UHGV virus genome: UHGV-1363143
Strand: one strand, 5' to 3'
DNA from: a virus
Length of the DNA: 64,000 bases
Translations under genes and position numbers: made by a program
In this document: piece by piece, positions 9,232-18,777 of the stretch
Layout of the letters: each line of letters begins with the position of its first letter
How positions within the stretch are numbered: position 1 is the first letter of the stretch
Notes under the pieces: model-generated
Database searches by the model: none
Told to the model about the DNA's origin: nothing
Seen by the model: only the letters and a program-made list of their open reading frames with translations

Positions 9232-9471
9232 AATTTCCTCCTAATTATTTGTTTTTGTATGTAAAAAAGCCTTGCAACCCGCATTATATCTAGGTTTACA
9301 AGACTTTTAAAATGGTGTTATAACTCTTCGTAAAATAACAATTTCACGCAGAGTTTCTAATGGATAATAAAAAGACTTTTACAATAATTAGCCAACATCA
9401 AATTCTGACGCTCTTCGCATTTTTAAAACAATTCAAATGTACAAATATTAGTCTGAAATAATTCTAGAAAT

Positions 9472-10254
9472 TTATTTTCTGTCAGAATCGGTGCTGTTAA
9501 ATATATTCTTTTTAACCATTAATTTTATTATTCTAGTTAGATACTCATTAGCTTGTGAGTCGAATTCTTTTTCTTTATAAATTGGTCCATAGATTTCCAT
9601 TGTAGTTTGCAAAGTGCGTTCAGCATATTGTAAAAATCTATCTTTTGGAATTGTACCATTTTTTATTCCTAAAAGAAGTCCTCTCATTGGATCTTTATTC
9701 TCATACCATAATGCTGCTTTAAAATCTGTAAAATTATTGTCAGCATATCTTTTTATAAAATTTAGAGATCTAATTGCATGCATAGCTTCTTTTGTATCGT
9801 ATCCAAACTTTTCAACTAAATGTTTTGTTCCTGAAGTTCCTTTTTCTAAGTTCTTCATTCTTTGATTAAAAGTTCCTATACATGTGCTATATAAATTTGA
9901 TAAATTCATTCTAGCGATATGATCTCTCATTTTATATAATTCTTCAACCAGGTCCTGAGTAATCTTATGAGTACCAGTACCTAGTATTAATTCTTCTGTA
10001 AATAGTAATTCTAGAAAATTAGTATTAGCCTTAAAAAATAAGTTTGGTAATTTTCTAATATCGTGAACATCTAGGTCAATTTCATCACCTATATGCATTT
10101 TACTGTATTTTATGTTCTCATACATATCATCAAATGTCGGTAATACAAATACCTTATAGTCTTTATCACTACCAGCTGTATTAAGATTATAATTATGAGA
10201 ACCGACTAAAGCTCTAAAAGCTTCTTTTCTTCCTTCGTGTAATAGTCTGTCCAT
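9472..10254 (-). CDS. Pol-beta-superfamily nucleotidyltransferase (RlaP-like; RNA-repair-associated family inferred)
   Basis: minimal nucleotidyltransferase signature LVGSHNYNLNTAGSDKDYKVFV (GS-x9-SDxD); 260 aa; lies in the same unidirectional block as rtcB. Confidence 0.45.
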   Translation of the reverse strand: MDRLLHEGRKEAFRALVGSHNYNLNTAGSDKDYKVFVLPTFDDMYENIKYSKMHIGDEIDLDVHDIRKLPNLFFKANTNFLELLFTEELILGTGTHKITQDLVEELYKMRDHIARMNLSNLYSTCIGTFNQRMKNLEKGTSGTKHLVEKFGYDTKEAMHAIRSLNFIKRYADNNFTDFKAALWYENKDPMRGLLLGIKNGTIPKDRFLQYAERTLQTTMEIYGPIYKEKEFDSQANEYLTRIIKLMVKKNIFNSTDSDRK

Positions 10255-10265
10255 ATTCTCACCTT

Positions 10266-10688
10266 TTATACCTTTACAACTTCCACATTATTTAATTTGA
10301 ATAAATCAAATGCATATTCATCTACTCTGTAGTCATTTTTATAAACTACTTTAGTTATGCCTGCTGCTATTATGCTTTTTGTACAATTTAAACAAGGGAA
10401 ATGTGTTACATATAATGTAGTTCCTTTTAAAGCAACTCCTTCTCTTGCACAATATGTTATTGCATTAATTTCAGCATGTATTGTTGCAATGCAATGTCCA
10501 TCTCTAAGAGTATGTCCTACATCATCACAATGAGGATTGTTAGCAACGCTACCATTATATCCAGTACTTACAATTCTATTATCTGAATTAACAATTACTG
10601 CACCAACACTTGCTCTATCACAAGTTGAGCGTGTAGCTAGTTTTTCAGCCAATTCCATAAAATACTCTGACCAAGGTTGTCTAGCCAT
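10266..10688 (-). CDS. deoxycytidylate (dCMP) deaminase
   Basis: zinc-binding HAEINAI...PCLNC motifs of the cytidine/dCMP deaminase family; 140 aa. Confidence 0.85.
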   Translation of the reverse strand: MARQPWSEYFMELAEKLATRSTCDRASVGAVIVNSDNRIVSTGYNGSVANNPHCDDVGHTLRDGHCIATIHAEINAITYCAREGVALKGTTLYVTHFPCLNCTKSIIAAGITKVVYKNDYRVDEYAFDLFKLNNVEVVKV

Positions 10689-10803
10689 ACTTATGCCTCC
10701 TTATTCTTTAATGCTATATATTACGCAAAAAAATATAATAAAACTAATAGATACGATACATCTATATAAAATGCGACAGTATAAACTGCCGCATATAACA
10801 TCT

Positions 10804-11169
10804 CTATATTTTCTTTTTAAATGTATTAAAATCTATAAACATTTCAGGATCATTATGTTCATCATATCTATTTGGTATAGTGTAGCCATATCCAACATAT
10901 ACTTCTTCTCCAACAATGGATTCAAGTATAACTTTTGAAGAATGACTATATTTCTTATCAATCCTAATTGTAAATCCTAGTTTATTAATAGCTTCTTCTA
11001 ATTCATTATCAAATGAAATTCCTCGCCTACTATTTTCAGTATCAGTACCATAACAATATTTAGTTTTAATTTCCTCTAAGTATAGAGTTTCATTAGGTTG
11101 CTCAGCATTAAGCTGTTCAATAATTTCAAGTATTTGTTCATTTACGTTTTTTGAATTAAAGTCTATCAT
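10804..11169 (-). CDS. hypothetical protein
   Basis: 121-aa ORF. Confidence 0.35.
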   Translation of the reverse strand: MIDFNSKNVNEQILEIIEQLNAEQPNETLYLEEIKTKYCYGTDTENSRRGISFDNELEEAINKLGFTIRIDKKYSHSSKVILESIVGEEVYVGYGYTIPNRYDEHNDPEMFIDFNTFKKKI

Positions 11170-11195
11170 ATCACATTACCTCTATCTTTCTTGCG

Positions 11196-11223
11196 TATAA
11201 AATAAAAGGGAGCTTTCGCTCCC
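11196..11223 (-). terminator. rho-independent terminator
   Basis: perfect stem gggagc/gctccc with tttc loop, followed by TTTTATTTTAT on the minus strand. Confidence 0.55.
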
Positions 11224-11410
11224 TAAATTGTTATTCTTCAAAGTATTTTTCAAACATTGATGTCATTAAATTAATCCATTTATCAACGTCTTCTTTGGTT
11301 TTAAAGTCTGGCCAATGGCCAGGTACTACCTTTATGTCGTTTTTCTTACATTGCTCAAAGAAATACTTCTTTAATTCATTAGTCATTAGATCCTCCTACG
11401 TTGTATAATC

Positions 11411-11746
11411 TTAGCATTTTAAATATACTTTTAAGCATTTACTCAAATGATTTTCATAAAATTTTACTGTACATATATGAACGCACCAGTCACAAAAAAT
11501 TATAAACTTGCCATTATGATTTTCACGTAAGTATTCTTTTGCTAACCTTATGAATTCTTTTTGCACCATATATATCTCATTATGAGACAGTTCATCTTCT
11601 AAATCCTGATTGCTTATAAAGTTAATACATTTTTCATCCGTGAATTTGTTGTTTTCAACTATGTCTTTTAATTCATCTAGTTGTTCATTAATATAGTCAT
11701 CAAATAATTCAACATTAAACATGTTCAGATTCCTCCTATACTGCAT
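11411..11746 (-). CDS. hypothetical protein
   Basis: 111-aa ORF overlapping the upstream helicase stop codon by 11 nt. Confidence 0.35.
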   Translation of the reverse strand: MQYRRNLNMFNVELFDDYINEQLDELKDIVENNKFTDEKCINFISNQDLEDELSHNEIYMVQKEFIRLAKEYLRENHNGKFIIFCDWCVHICTVKFYENHLSKCLKVYLKC

Positions 11747-14700
11747 ACGGCCTATATAAGTTAGCTACATGTTGCTTACCACTAAATATAGACTTCATCA
11801 ATTTAGTAGTTGAAGTAGGTCTACTCTTCTTAACTACTTCTCTTGATAAATAGTCTAAATGTTGTCTTACGAAAGTTTCTACTAATAGTTCAGCTAAAAG
11901 TTTTCTATCTCTTTCAGCCTTAGTTCCCATAATTACACTGTCATTAGTAGATCTCTTTCCTGTAAATACTTCAGCTTCAACTGTATGTTTAATACCTTCA
12001 ACAACTGAACTTGCTATTTGAGATAATAAATCTTCATTATCTGCCATAGCTCTTAATCCTTCTTCTGAGAACTTACCTTCTAACGCCATAGAAGCTTGTA
12101 ACTTACTAGCCATTAATGACATGGCTTGCTCTTGGATAGTTTCTTTATAGAACATAAAGTAAACTTCTATATCTTTAGTTTGAGATAATCTCCAAGATCT
12201 TCTACTAGCTTGTCTCATTGTGAATATATTATATCCCATTTGATAGAATACAATAGTAGTAAAATCTAATAAATCTAAACCAGTTTTAACTAAGTTAGGA
12301 TTACACATTAGTACATCTATATCATTCTTTGCTAATTGTTCTTCCACCCATCTTTCTCTATTTTTAGCTTTAACTTTAGAAGTTAAATCAACTGCTTTAA
12401 TTCCTTCTTCATTTAAAGCGTCAATTAATTTAGATGCAACATCAGTCTTATTAGTCCATTCATAATAAACTAGCACTTTTTCACCAGCAGCTTTCTTTTC
12501 CTTAACTAAATTAATAAGAGCTCTTTCTTTATTTCTTAATCCCTTATCTAGTTCTCTAGGAGTACAAAGAACGTCAGCTGTATCAGGATGTATTATTGGA
12601 ACACAATTATATGGCATATCAGGATAAGTAGATAATGATTGCAATAAAGCACCCATTGTCTTCATTCCTCCGCCACCGCCCCAAGAGCATAAGCTTCTTA
12701 GGTTATTTTCTAATTCTTGATAAGATGCATTTAACTCTGCGTCCATATCAACTGGTAATGGATATTCAGTATACTCTGGTAATCCTTCGGCCATATCTGC
12801 TATAGAAACAAATACTGCATTTTCAAGTAAGAATTTAGTGAATACTAGTGGAGATACTCCTGGTAATCTCTTTTCAGAGCCACTCTTAATCTTATCTCCC
12901 CTTCTTCCATTTCTACCTCTTTCATGTTCAGATGTTCTCTTAACAACACCATAAGTTCTTTGGAATGCTGCTTCATCAGAGTACTCAAACCCTTCTGCTT
13001 TCATTACTTCTGGCATAGTTCTATAAAGAATATAGAATAAACCATCAGCATATCCATTTAATAAAGTACCAGTTAATCCGATTACTTTATTAGCTGCCAT
13101 TGCTAAATCTCCCATAGCTTGTCCTTGTAAAGAGTCGCCCTTATATTCATGTAATTCGTCTGCTATAAAGTAATCTACATGTCCTTTAAGTCTTTCTCTA
13201 ACATATTTAGCTATAGAATATTTCCTTACTCCATTTGCAGATGAAGAAATATTGCCAGTTTCTTTTAATTCATCTTTCTTCTCCATTAACTTTAGTAAGA
13301 AACCTTGTTCTTTCTTATTTAAAGTTTCTCTTCTTGAGAAGTAATCATTATACATTTCTTCAAAATGACTCTTCATTATCCATCCTTCAGAACCTAACTT
13401 AACCCATTTAGAATCTTTCTCAAATTTATTAAGTGGTGTCCATAGCTTAGCATTACAAGGCACTCTAACGTCCCTGTTTTTTTCAGAATCAAATTTTAAT
13501 ACACTATTGCCACATACAATATTATAAGCATACTCTTTTAGAAAGTCTTTTTCAGTTAATCTTTCTCTTACCTTATATCTGTTTCTTCCTTCACCTTTGT
13601 AAACTTCTTTAAATAAAGTTTTACCACATTCAGGACATACAAAACATTCTTTTGATTTAGACCAAATTGCTGCAGGTCTTTTTTCATAGCTAAACTTTGC
13701 ATTTTCTTTTGATAAAATTATAAATGAATGTTCTTTCTTATACTTATCTTTAATTGTATCTTCAAGTGCCATTAATTCAGATATATTTTCTACTATATAT
13801 CCTTTAGCATTAGGCACTAATCTTTCTACTTCTCTTTGCCACTTTTCAACTAAGTGTCCAGGACACATTATAATAGTAGAACTTCCTGCCTTTTTTCCGT
13901 AATGAGCATAAGCCATTCCTGCACCTAATAGTGTTTTACCGACACCCATCTCCCCTACTACTATTGTAGTTTTATTCTTATTCATATTATTAACTACAGC
14001 TTGTATAACAGCTTTTTGAGCTTCATATATTTCTATTCCACCATAATAACATGAATCATCATAGTTATTTACATACTCTGAATATGTATCTTGATGTGGA
14101 TCAAACTTAGGTACAAATGCTCTTTGTATTTTTTCTGCAAGTATATCTCCAAATACATTTAAATACATATCTAATCCAGTAACTTCAGTCATTACTTCTG
14201 AAACGGTATTGTTGTTATTGATACTTAATACTCCACTTCTTAATCCATTTTGAACGATATCTAGTAAGCCGCTTCTAGACACAGAAAACTTTAAACATTG
14301 AAAAGGAGTATTTTCATAACAATGATATACTGTTATTCTTCTAATACAGCCTAAAGATCTTAAATTGCTTAATATGTATGGAACCCATTCTCTTAATATT
14401 GGTACAGATGTGTTACCATATATTTTATCATATAAGATTTCTTCTAATTCATCTTCATTTCTATAAAATACATAGAATGTGTATAGTTCATTTGTGTCTG
14501 TTCTATTAATAACATCTTTTTTCTTTATAACCATGTATGAGAAGTCACTTCCATTTTGTTTTTCCTTCTCAATATCGAATTGCCCTTGAATAGTAGCATG
14601 ACATCTACCTTCAACATAACAGTTAACTCTTTTCTTAAGAGCTTTAGAAACGTTCTTTAAAAGTTTATCAGATGCTACAATAGAACCGAATACAAATTCA

Positions 14701-14783
14701 GATGACTGTCTATCAATAGCAACAGCTTCATAGTGCATAAAACTACTATTATCTATAGTTATTCTTCCAAAATTCTTTGCCAT
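11736..14783 (-). CDS. SNF2-family DNA-dependent ATPase/helicase
   Basis: VVGEMGVGKT (motif I), DELHEYKG (DExH), LTGTLLNG (SNF2 LTGTPxQN-like), C-terminal helicase domain; internal CxxC zinc finger; 1015 aa. Confidence 0.75.
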   Translation of the reverse strand: MAKNFGRITIDNSSFMHYEAVAIDRQSSEFVFGSIVASDKLLKNVSKALKKRVNCYVEGRCHATIQGQFDIEKEKQNGSDFSYMVIKKKDVINRTDTNELYTFYVFYRNEDELEEILYDKIYGNTSVPILREWVPYILSNLRSLGCIRRITVYHCYENTPFQCLKFSVSRSGLLDIVQNGLRSGVLSINNNNTVSEVMTEVTGLDMYLNVFGDILAEKIQRAFVPKFDPHQDTYSEYVNNYDDSCYYGGIEIYEAQKAVIQAVVNNMNKNKTTIVVGEMGVGKTLLGAGMAYAHYGKKAGSSTIIMCPGHLVEKWQREVERLVPNAKGYIVENISELMALEDTIKDKYKKEHSFIILSKENAKFSYEKRPAAIWSKSKECFVCPECGKTLFKEVYKGEGRNRYKVRERLTEKDFLKEYAYNIVCGNSVLKFDSEKNRDVRVPCNAKLWTPLNKFEKDSKWVKLGSEGWIMKSHFEEMYNDYFSRRETLNKKEQGFLLKLMEKKDELKETGNISSSANGVRKYSIAKYVRERLKGHVDYFIADELHEYKGDSLQGQAMGDLAMAANKVIGLTGTLLNGYADGLFYILYRTMPEVMKAEGFEYSDEAAFQRTYGVVKRTSEHERGRNGRRGDKIKSGSEKRLPGVSPLVFTKFLLENAVFVSIADMAEGLPEYTEYPLPVDMDAELNASYQELENNLRSLCSWGGGGGMKTMGALLQSLSTYPDMPYNCVPIIHPDTADVLCTPRELDKGLRNKERALINLVKEKKAAGEKVLVYYEWTNKTDVASKLIDALNEEGIKAVDLTSKVKAKNRERWVEEQLAKNDIDVLMCNPNLVKTGLDLLDFTTIVFYQMGYNIFTMRQASRRSWRLSQTKDIEVYFMFYKETIQEQAMSLMASKLQASMALEGKFSEEGLRAMADNEDLLSQIASSVVEGIKHTVEAEVFTGKRSTNDSVIMGTKAERDRKLLAELLVETFVRQHLDYLSREVVKKSRPTSTTKLMKSIFSGKQHVANLYRPYAV

Positions 14784-15011
14784 AATATTTTACCTCTTTC
14801 TTTTCATTTCGTATGTAAGGCTCAATTAAGAGCCACTATTAAGACTTCTTAAAAAATGAATGACCTTTAATAAATGTTTTTTAGGAATTTTAATTTCCAT
14901 AGTCATTAATTCATTGTTTTCTTCCTTTGCAAAGTTTAGAGCTATATCTTCTAACTTCCTGAATTTTTCTAATTCTTTTTTATCCATAGATACTTCTCCA
15001 TCACTTCATAT

Positions 15012-15440
15012 TTACTTTATTTTATCCCAAGATAAATTTACGCCACATTGAGAGCAATTAGATTCTCCTTTAGCTACTTGGTGCTTGTTATTAAGAGCAT
15101 CACATATAGGACAAGAATATTTTTTATATTCATCTCCATAATCATGCTCTACCGGATATATCTTTGTAATCCTTTGATATGCAAACTCGCCTTCAGTTAC
15201 TGTACCTCTAGTACTTCTTCTAAGCTCCTTTGTCCTTTCTCTTAATCTTTCTATATATAAATCTTTTTGAACTAGCATACTATCTCTTTTAGATAAAGCT
15301 TGTTCAAGATCTTTAATTTGTTTATCATACCAATCTGCATTATTTCTATAATAATTATTTGTAAATAAAACTTTATCTGCTGTAGATGAAGCAATTTTAT
15401 TTATTTGTTCATCGCTTAAAGTCACATTGATTCCTATCAC
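15012..15440 (-). CDS. hypothetical protein with C-terminal zinc ribbon
   Basis: CPIC...CSQC; 142 aa. Confidence 0.35.
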   Translation of the reverse strand: MIGINVTLSDEQINKIASSTADKVLFTNNYYRNNADWYDKQIKDLEQALSKRDSMLVQKDLYIERLRERTKELRRSTRGTVTEGEFAYQRITKIYPVEHDYGDEYKKYSCPICDALNNKHQVAKGESNCSQCGVNLSWDKIK

Positions 15441-15664
15441 TTTATCACCTCATAGTTTCTATAAATTATTGCTTTTAATATGTTCTTGAACTTCTTTTGG
15501 AAAACTACTTATATCATCAGTCCAGTATCCACAATTAATCCCATAGTGATATAATTCATACTTCCCACAACAATCACATTTAGATAGTCCCTGTTGATAA
15601 AAAGGAAGAGAAAAGCCTAAGACTCTTCTCTTATGAAATCCGAAGAAGCATTTGATTTTTTGAA

Positions 15665-16165
15665 TCATATTTTCTTCTCCTTGTTAGATATTTTTTCTGT
15701 ATCTATAAATTGATACTCATATCCATTTTCTTTAAATATCTTACTAGCATTAGTTACTCTAAAAGCTCCTGGCTCTACTTCAAAAAAAGTATCTGCATCA
15801 GTTTCTGCAAAAACTTGGGTAAGATATAATTTATTGCAGTAAGGCATGAATATTTTATATATTTCTGCCCCACCTATTATGAAGATCTCTTCTTCACTAT
15901 CATTATTTAAAATAATATTTATATCATTTATATAAGTTACATTTTCAGTAGATTCTTTTGGAGTTCTTGATAAAACAATATTTTTTCTATTAGGCAAACC
16001 ATCTTTAAAAGGTAAACTTTCAAAAGTCTTTCTTCCCATTACAACTGTTTTATCAGTAGTGATTTCTTTAAATCTTTTTAAATCACCTGGAATATGCCAT
16101 AATAGTTTATTATCTTTTCCTATGCCACCATTTGAATCAACTGCTACAATTATATTAATGTTCAT
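15665..16165 (-). CDS. folA: dihydrofolate reductase
   Basis: IIVAVDSNGGIGKDNKLLWHIPGDLKRFKEITTDKTVVMGRKTFESL...IIGGAEIY, the canonical DHFR fold signature; 166 aa. Confidence 0.9.
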   Translation of the reverse strand: MNINIIVAVDSNGGIGKDNKLLWHIPGDLKRFKEITTDKTVVMGRKTFESLPFKDGLPNRKNIVLSRTPKESTENVTYINDINIILNNDSEEEIFIIGGAEIYKIFMPYCNKLYLTQVFAETDADTFFEVEPGAFRVTNASKIFKENGYEYQFIDTEKISNKEKKI

Positions 16166-16177
16166 AAACTCACCTCA

Positions 16178-16900
16178 TTAGCTATTAAGCCATCTATTGT
16201 CTAGATAGCAGAATCCATATACTGCTAGACATATTACTGGAATCCATATTGCCCAGAAAATAACCTTACCGAAATTAGAACTTAAATTATCAACTGTTTC
16301 GTTGATTGTAGAATCTGCATATATAGGAACTCCACTTTCTCCAATGTTTCCGTCCTTTAGTTTGGTGTATATGGTACCTGTTATTTTTGTAGGTACTCCA
16401 TAGTATTTATACCTTACATGTGAAGATGTTTTTATTGTAGTTATATGTGGTGCATAAGGCATTGCGAATTGAGAAACATTAAACTTTACATCTAAGAATG
16501 TAGCTTCTTTTGCAGATAGATCCTCTGAACCTGCATAGTCCCAGGTCCAATAAGTTTCAGTTTTAGTTTTCGTCTTACCTTTAGAATCAGTATAAGTTAC
16601 TGTTCTTGTATGCATAGTATATACTTCTTTTACTTTTTCAACATATAAATATTCTCCATCTATCTCAGGATAAGATACTGTATCAATAGCTACTAAATCT
16701 CCATATACAAAGGCATTACCAACATTGGTATCCATAGCATATCTAAATAATTCATTATTATCTATTTTAAGAGCTTTATTATACTCCTCGTTTTTATCCA
16801 TTTGTATTTCTGATATTCTTCCTGATACTAGAAATCCTAATACTAACATTATTGCTGCGATTGCGATACTAAGTATAATCTCTCTTTTAGTGATCTCCAT
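16178..16900 (-). CDS. membrane protein with N- and C-terminal TM helices (possible LemA partner)
   Basis: hydrophobic N-terminus (ILSIAIAAIMLVLGFLV) and C-terminus (VIFWAIWIPVICLAVYGF); adjacent to lemA. Confidence 0.4.
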   Translation of the reverse strand: MEITKREIILSIAIAAIMLVLGFLVSGRISEIQMDKNEEYNKALKIDNNELFRYAMDTNVGNAFVYGDLVAIDTVSYPEIDGEYLYVEKVKEVYTMHTRTVTYTDSKGKTKTKTETYWTWDYAGSEDLSAKEATFLDVKFNVSQFAMPYAPHITTIKTSSHVRYKYYGVPTKITGTIYTKLKDGNIGESGVPIYADSTINETVDNLSSNFGKVIFWAIWIPVICLAVYGFCYLDNRWLNS

Positions 16901-16903
16901 ATA

Positions 16904-17449
16904 CTACTCTCCAAATAAATTTTGAGGTGCGTCAGATGGTGCATTGTAATCTAAGTAATCAAATTCAACTAATTCATATCCTAAGAATCCAAGTATTTGC
17001 TTACTAGGGAACTTTTTAACATATCTGTTATATTCTTTGATTTGTTTGTTATAATTGCTTCTATATTCTGCAATCATATTTTCTGTAATACTAAGTTCAT
17101 TCATTAATTGCTTATAGTTGGTGTTAGACTTTAGTTCTGGATAAGCTTCAGCAGCAGCGTTGATCATTGTAGTTACTTCTCCAATATCACCTTTTCCATT
17201 ATTTCTAGCTTCAACAACATTTTGTAAAGTTTCTGCTTCATGCTTGTCATATTGCTTTACTGTATCAACTAAATTGTAAACTAAGTCAACTCTTCTCTTT
17301 TCTTGAACTTTAATATCAGAATCAGCTACTCTTATTTGTTCTTCAAGGCCTATTGCTTTGTTTTGTACAGAATTAAATGCAAATACTCCTAGAATAACTA
17401 ATGCTAAGATAGTAGCTACAATAACTAAAATTGTTTTTAAATTTTTCAT
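16904..17449 (-). CDS. lemA: LemA-family membrane protein
   Basis: single N-terminal TM helix followed by the LemA-family core (…AAAEAYPELKSNTNYKQLMNELSITENMIAEYRSNYNKQIKEYNRYVKKFP…); 181 aa. Confidence 0.75.
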   Translation of the reverse strand: MKNLKTILVIVATILALVILGVFAFNSVQNKAIGLEEQIRVADSDIKVQEKRRVDLVYNLVDTVKQYDKHEAETLQNVVEARNNGKGDIGEVTTMINAAAEAYPELKSNTNYKQLMNELSITENMIAEYRSNYNKQIKEYNRYVKKFPSKQILGFLGYELVEFDYLDYNAPSDAPQNLFGE

Positions 17450-17468
17450 AATTTTAACCTTCCTTTGC

Positions 17469-18365
17469 TTATATTCCTAATTCGAACTTTAGTTGAGGTT
17501 TAACAGGTTCATAATCTATTAGTTCAAAATCATCGACTGTGAAATCATAGAAATTATCCTTACCTTCTTTTAAGATTAATTTAGGCGACTTATTACTAGG
17601 TGTTCTAGAAAGCATGTCCATTGCTTGTTCAGTATGTCTATCATAAATATGAAGATTATCCACTACATGCATGAACATACCTGGCTTTAAACCAACATGT
17701 CTTGCTACCATCATCATTAATGCTACATATTGCATTTTATTTATATGACCAGCTACAAGATAATCATTTGATCTTTGAGTAAGAGTCATATCTAAATACT
17801 GACCTCTAACAGTCCAAACAGTCATAAATGCACAAGGATTTAAGCCTTTGGTTTCTTCAAAATCTGAGTATTGATATAGATTCATGATATGTCTTCTAGT
17901 GTATGGTTCATTTTTTAAACCATCTAATAGCTTATTCATTAAGTCATATTTCTTTACTGTAGCTCCATATCTTTGACCTATGGTTCTAGTATTATCTACT
18001 TCCCATGAATCCCACCAAGTAATACCATACTTGTTAGCTAATAAATCTAAATCATTCGATTGCTCTTGGTAGATCCATAAAATCTCGCCAATAGCTTTCT
18101 TAATATAAATAGGTCTTAATGTAGTAATAGGAAATTCTCCTTTACTAATATCATATTTCTCAACTATTTGATTGATAAATATTGTATGAGCTGGTTCTCC
18201 ATCCTCATATACTGGTCTTACCTTGTGACCTTCTGTACTTGTACCTTCTGATAATATTTTTAATATATTATCTAAAGTATACTTATCTGCTTTTGTTATG
18301 TTATTTTGCATCTTTATTCTCCTTGCTATATATTTCAATAATATCTTCATCAGTAAAATCAACAC
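17469..18365 (-). CDS. thyA: thymidylate synthase family enzyme (ThyA-like; active-site Cys present, adjacent His replaced by Ala)
   Basis: EILWIYQ, RRHIMNLYQ, LNPCAFMTVW (compare PCH), QRSNDYLV...GHINKMQY (the Asn that specifies uracil is retained); 298 aa. Confidence 0.8.
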   Translation of the reverse strand: MLILLMKILLKYIARRIKMQNNITKADKYTLDNILKILSEGTSTEGHKVRPVYEDGEPAHTIFINQIVEKYDISKGEFPITTLRPIYIKKAIGEILWIYQEQSNDLDLLANKYGITWWDSWEVDNTRTIGQRYGATVKKYDLMNKLLDGLKNEPYTRRHIMNLYQYSDFEETKGLNPCAFMTVWTVRGQYLDMTLTQRSNDYLVAGHINKMQYVALMMMVARHVGLKPGMFMHVVDNLHIYDRHTEQAMDMLSRTPSNKSPKLILKEGKDNFYDFTVDDFELIDYEPVKPQLKFELGI

Positions 18366-18777
18366 TAGCTAAGTGCTCGCCATTTAATACTTCTCCTTTA
18401 TACCTTATTAGATTCTTTAAATCATAATCATAACTATCTAGAACCTTGGAGATTTCTATTACTTTTACAAAGACTGCATTCATTGATCTAGTATTCACTT
18501 GGACAATATCTAAAACTGAAATATCTTTCATACACTCACCTCCTTAAAGATAATGTCTATATATTTTTACATTGCTCCAAAATTCTATATATGAAATCTC
18601 ATCAAGGAACTTTTTAGTAAAATCATTTATTTCATTAAAGGGTAACGGTATTTTATCAATAATTAATTGGGCATCTATATTGCTGGAGTCTAGTAATTTA
18701 ATACCTTCTCCAGCAACTATGCAATCCCATCTTTTATCTAAAACTTGTACATAATTCACTTCTCTTATTGTCATTTT

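Noticed and set aside
8539-10254. The nucleotidyltransferase and HsdM-like ORFs as two exons of one gene split by the 9232-9471 intron-like element
   Set aside because: The two proteins belong to unrelated folds, and each has its own start codon and ribosome-binding site. There is no motif continuity across the gap.
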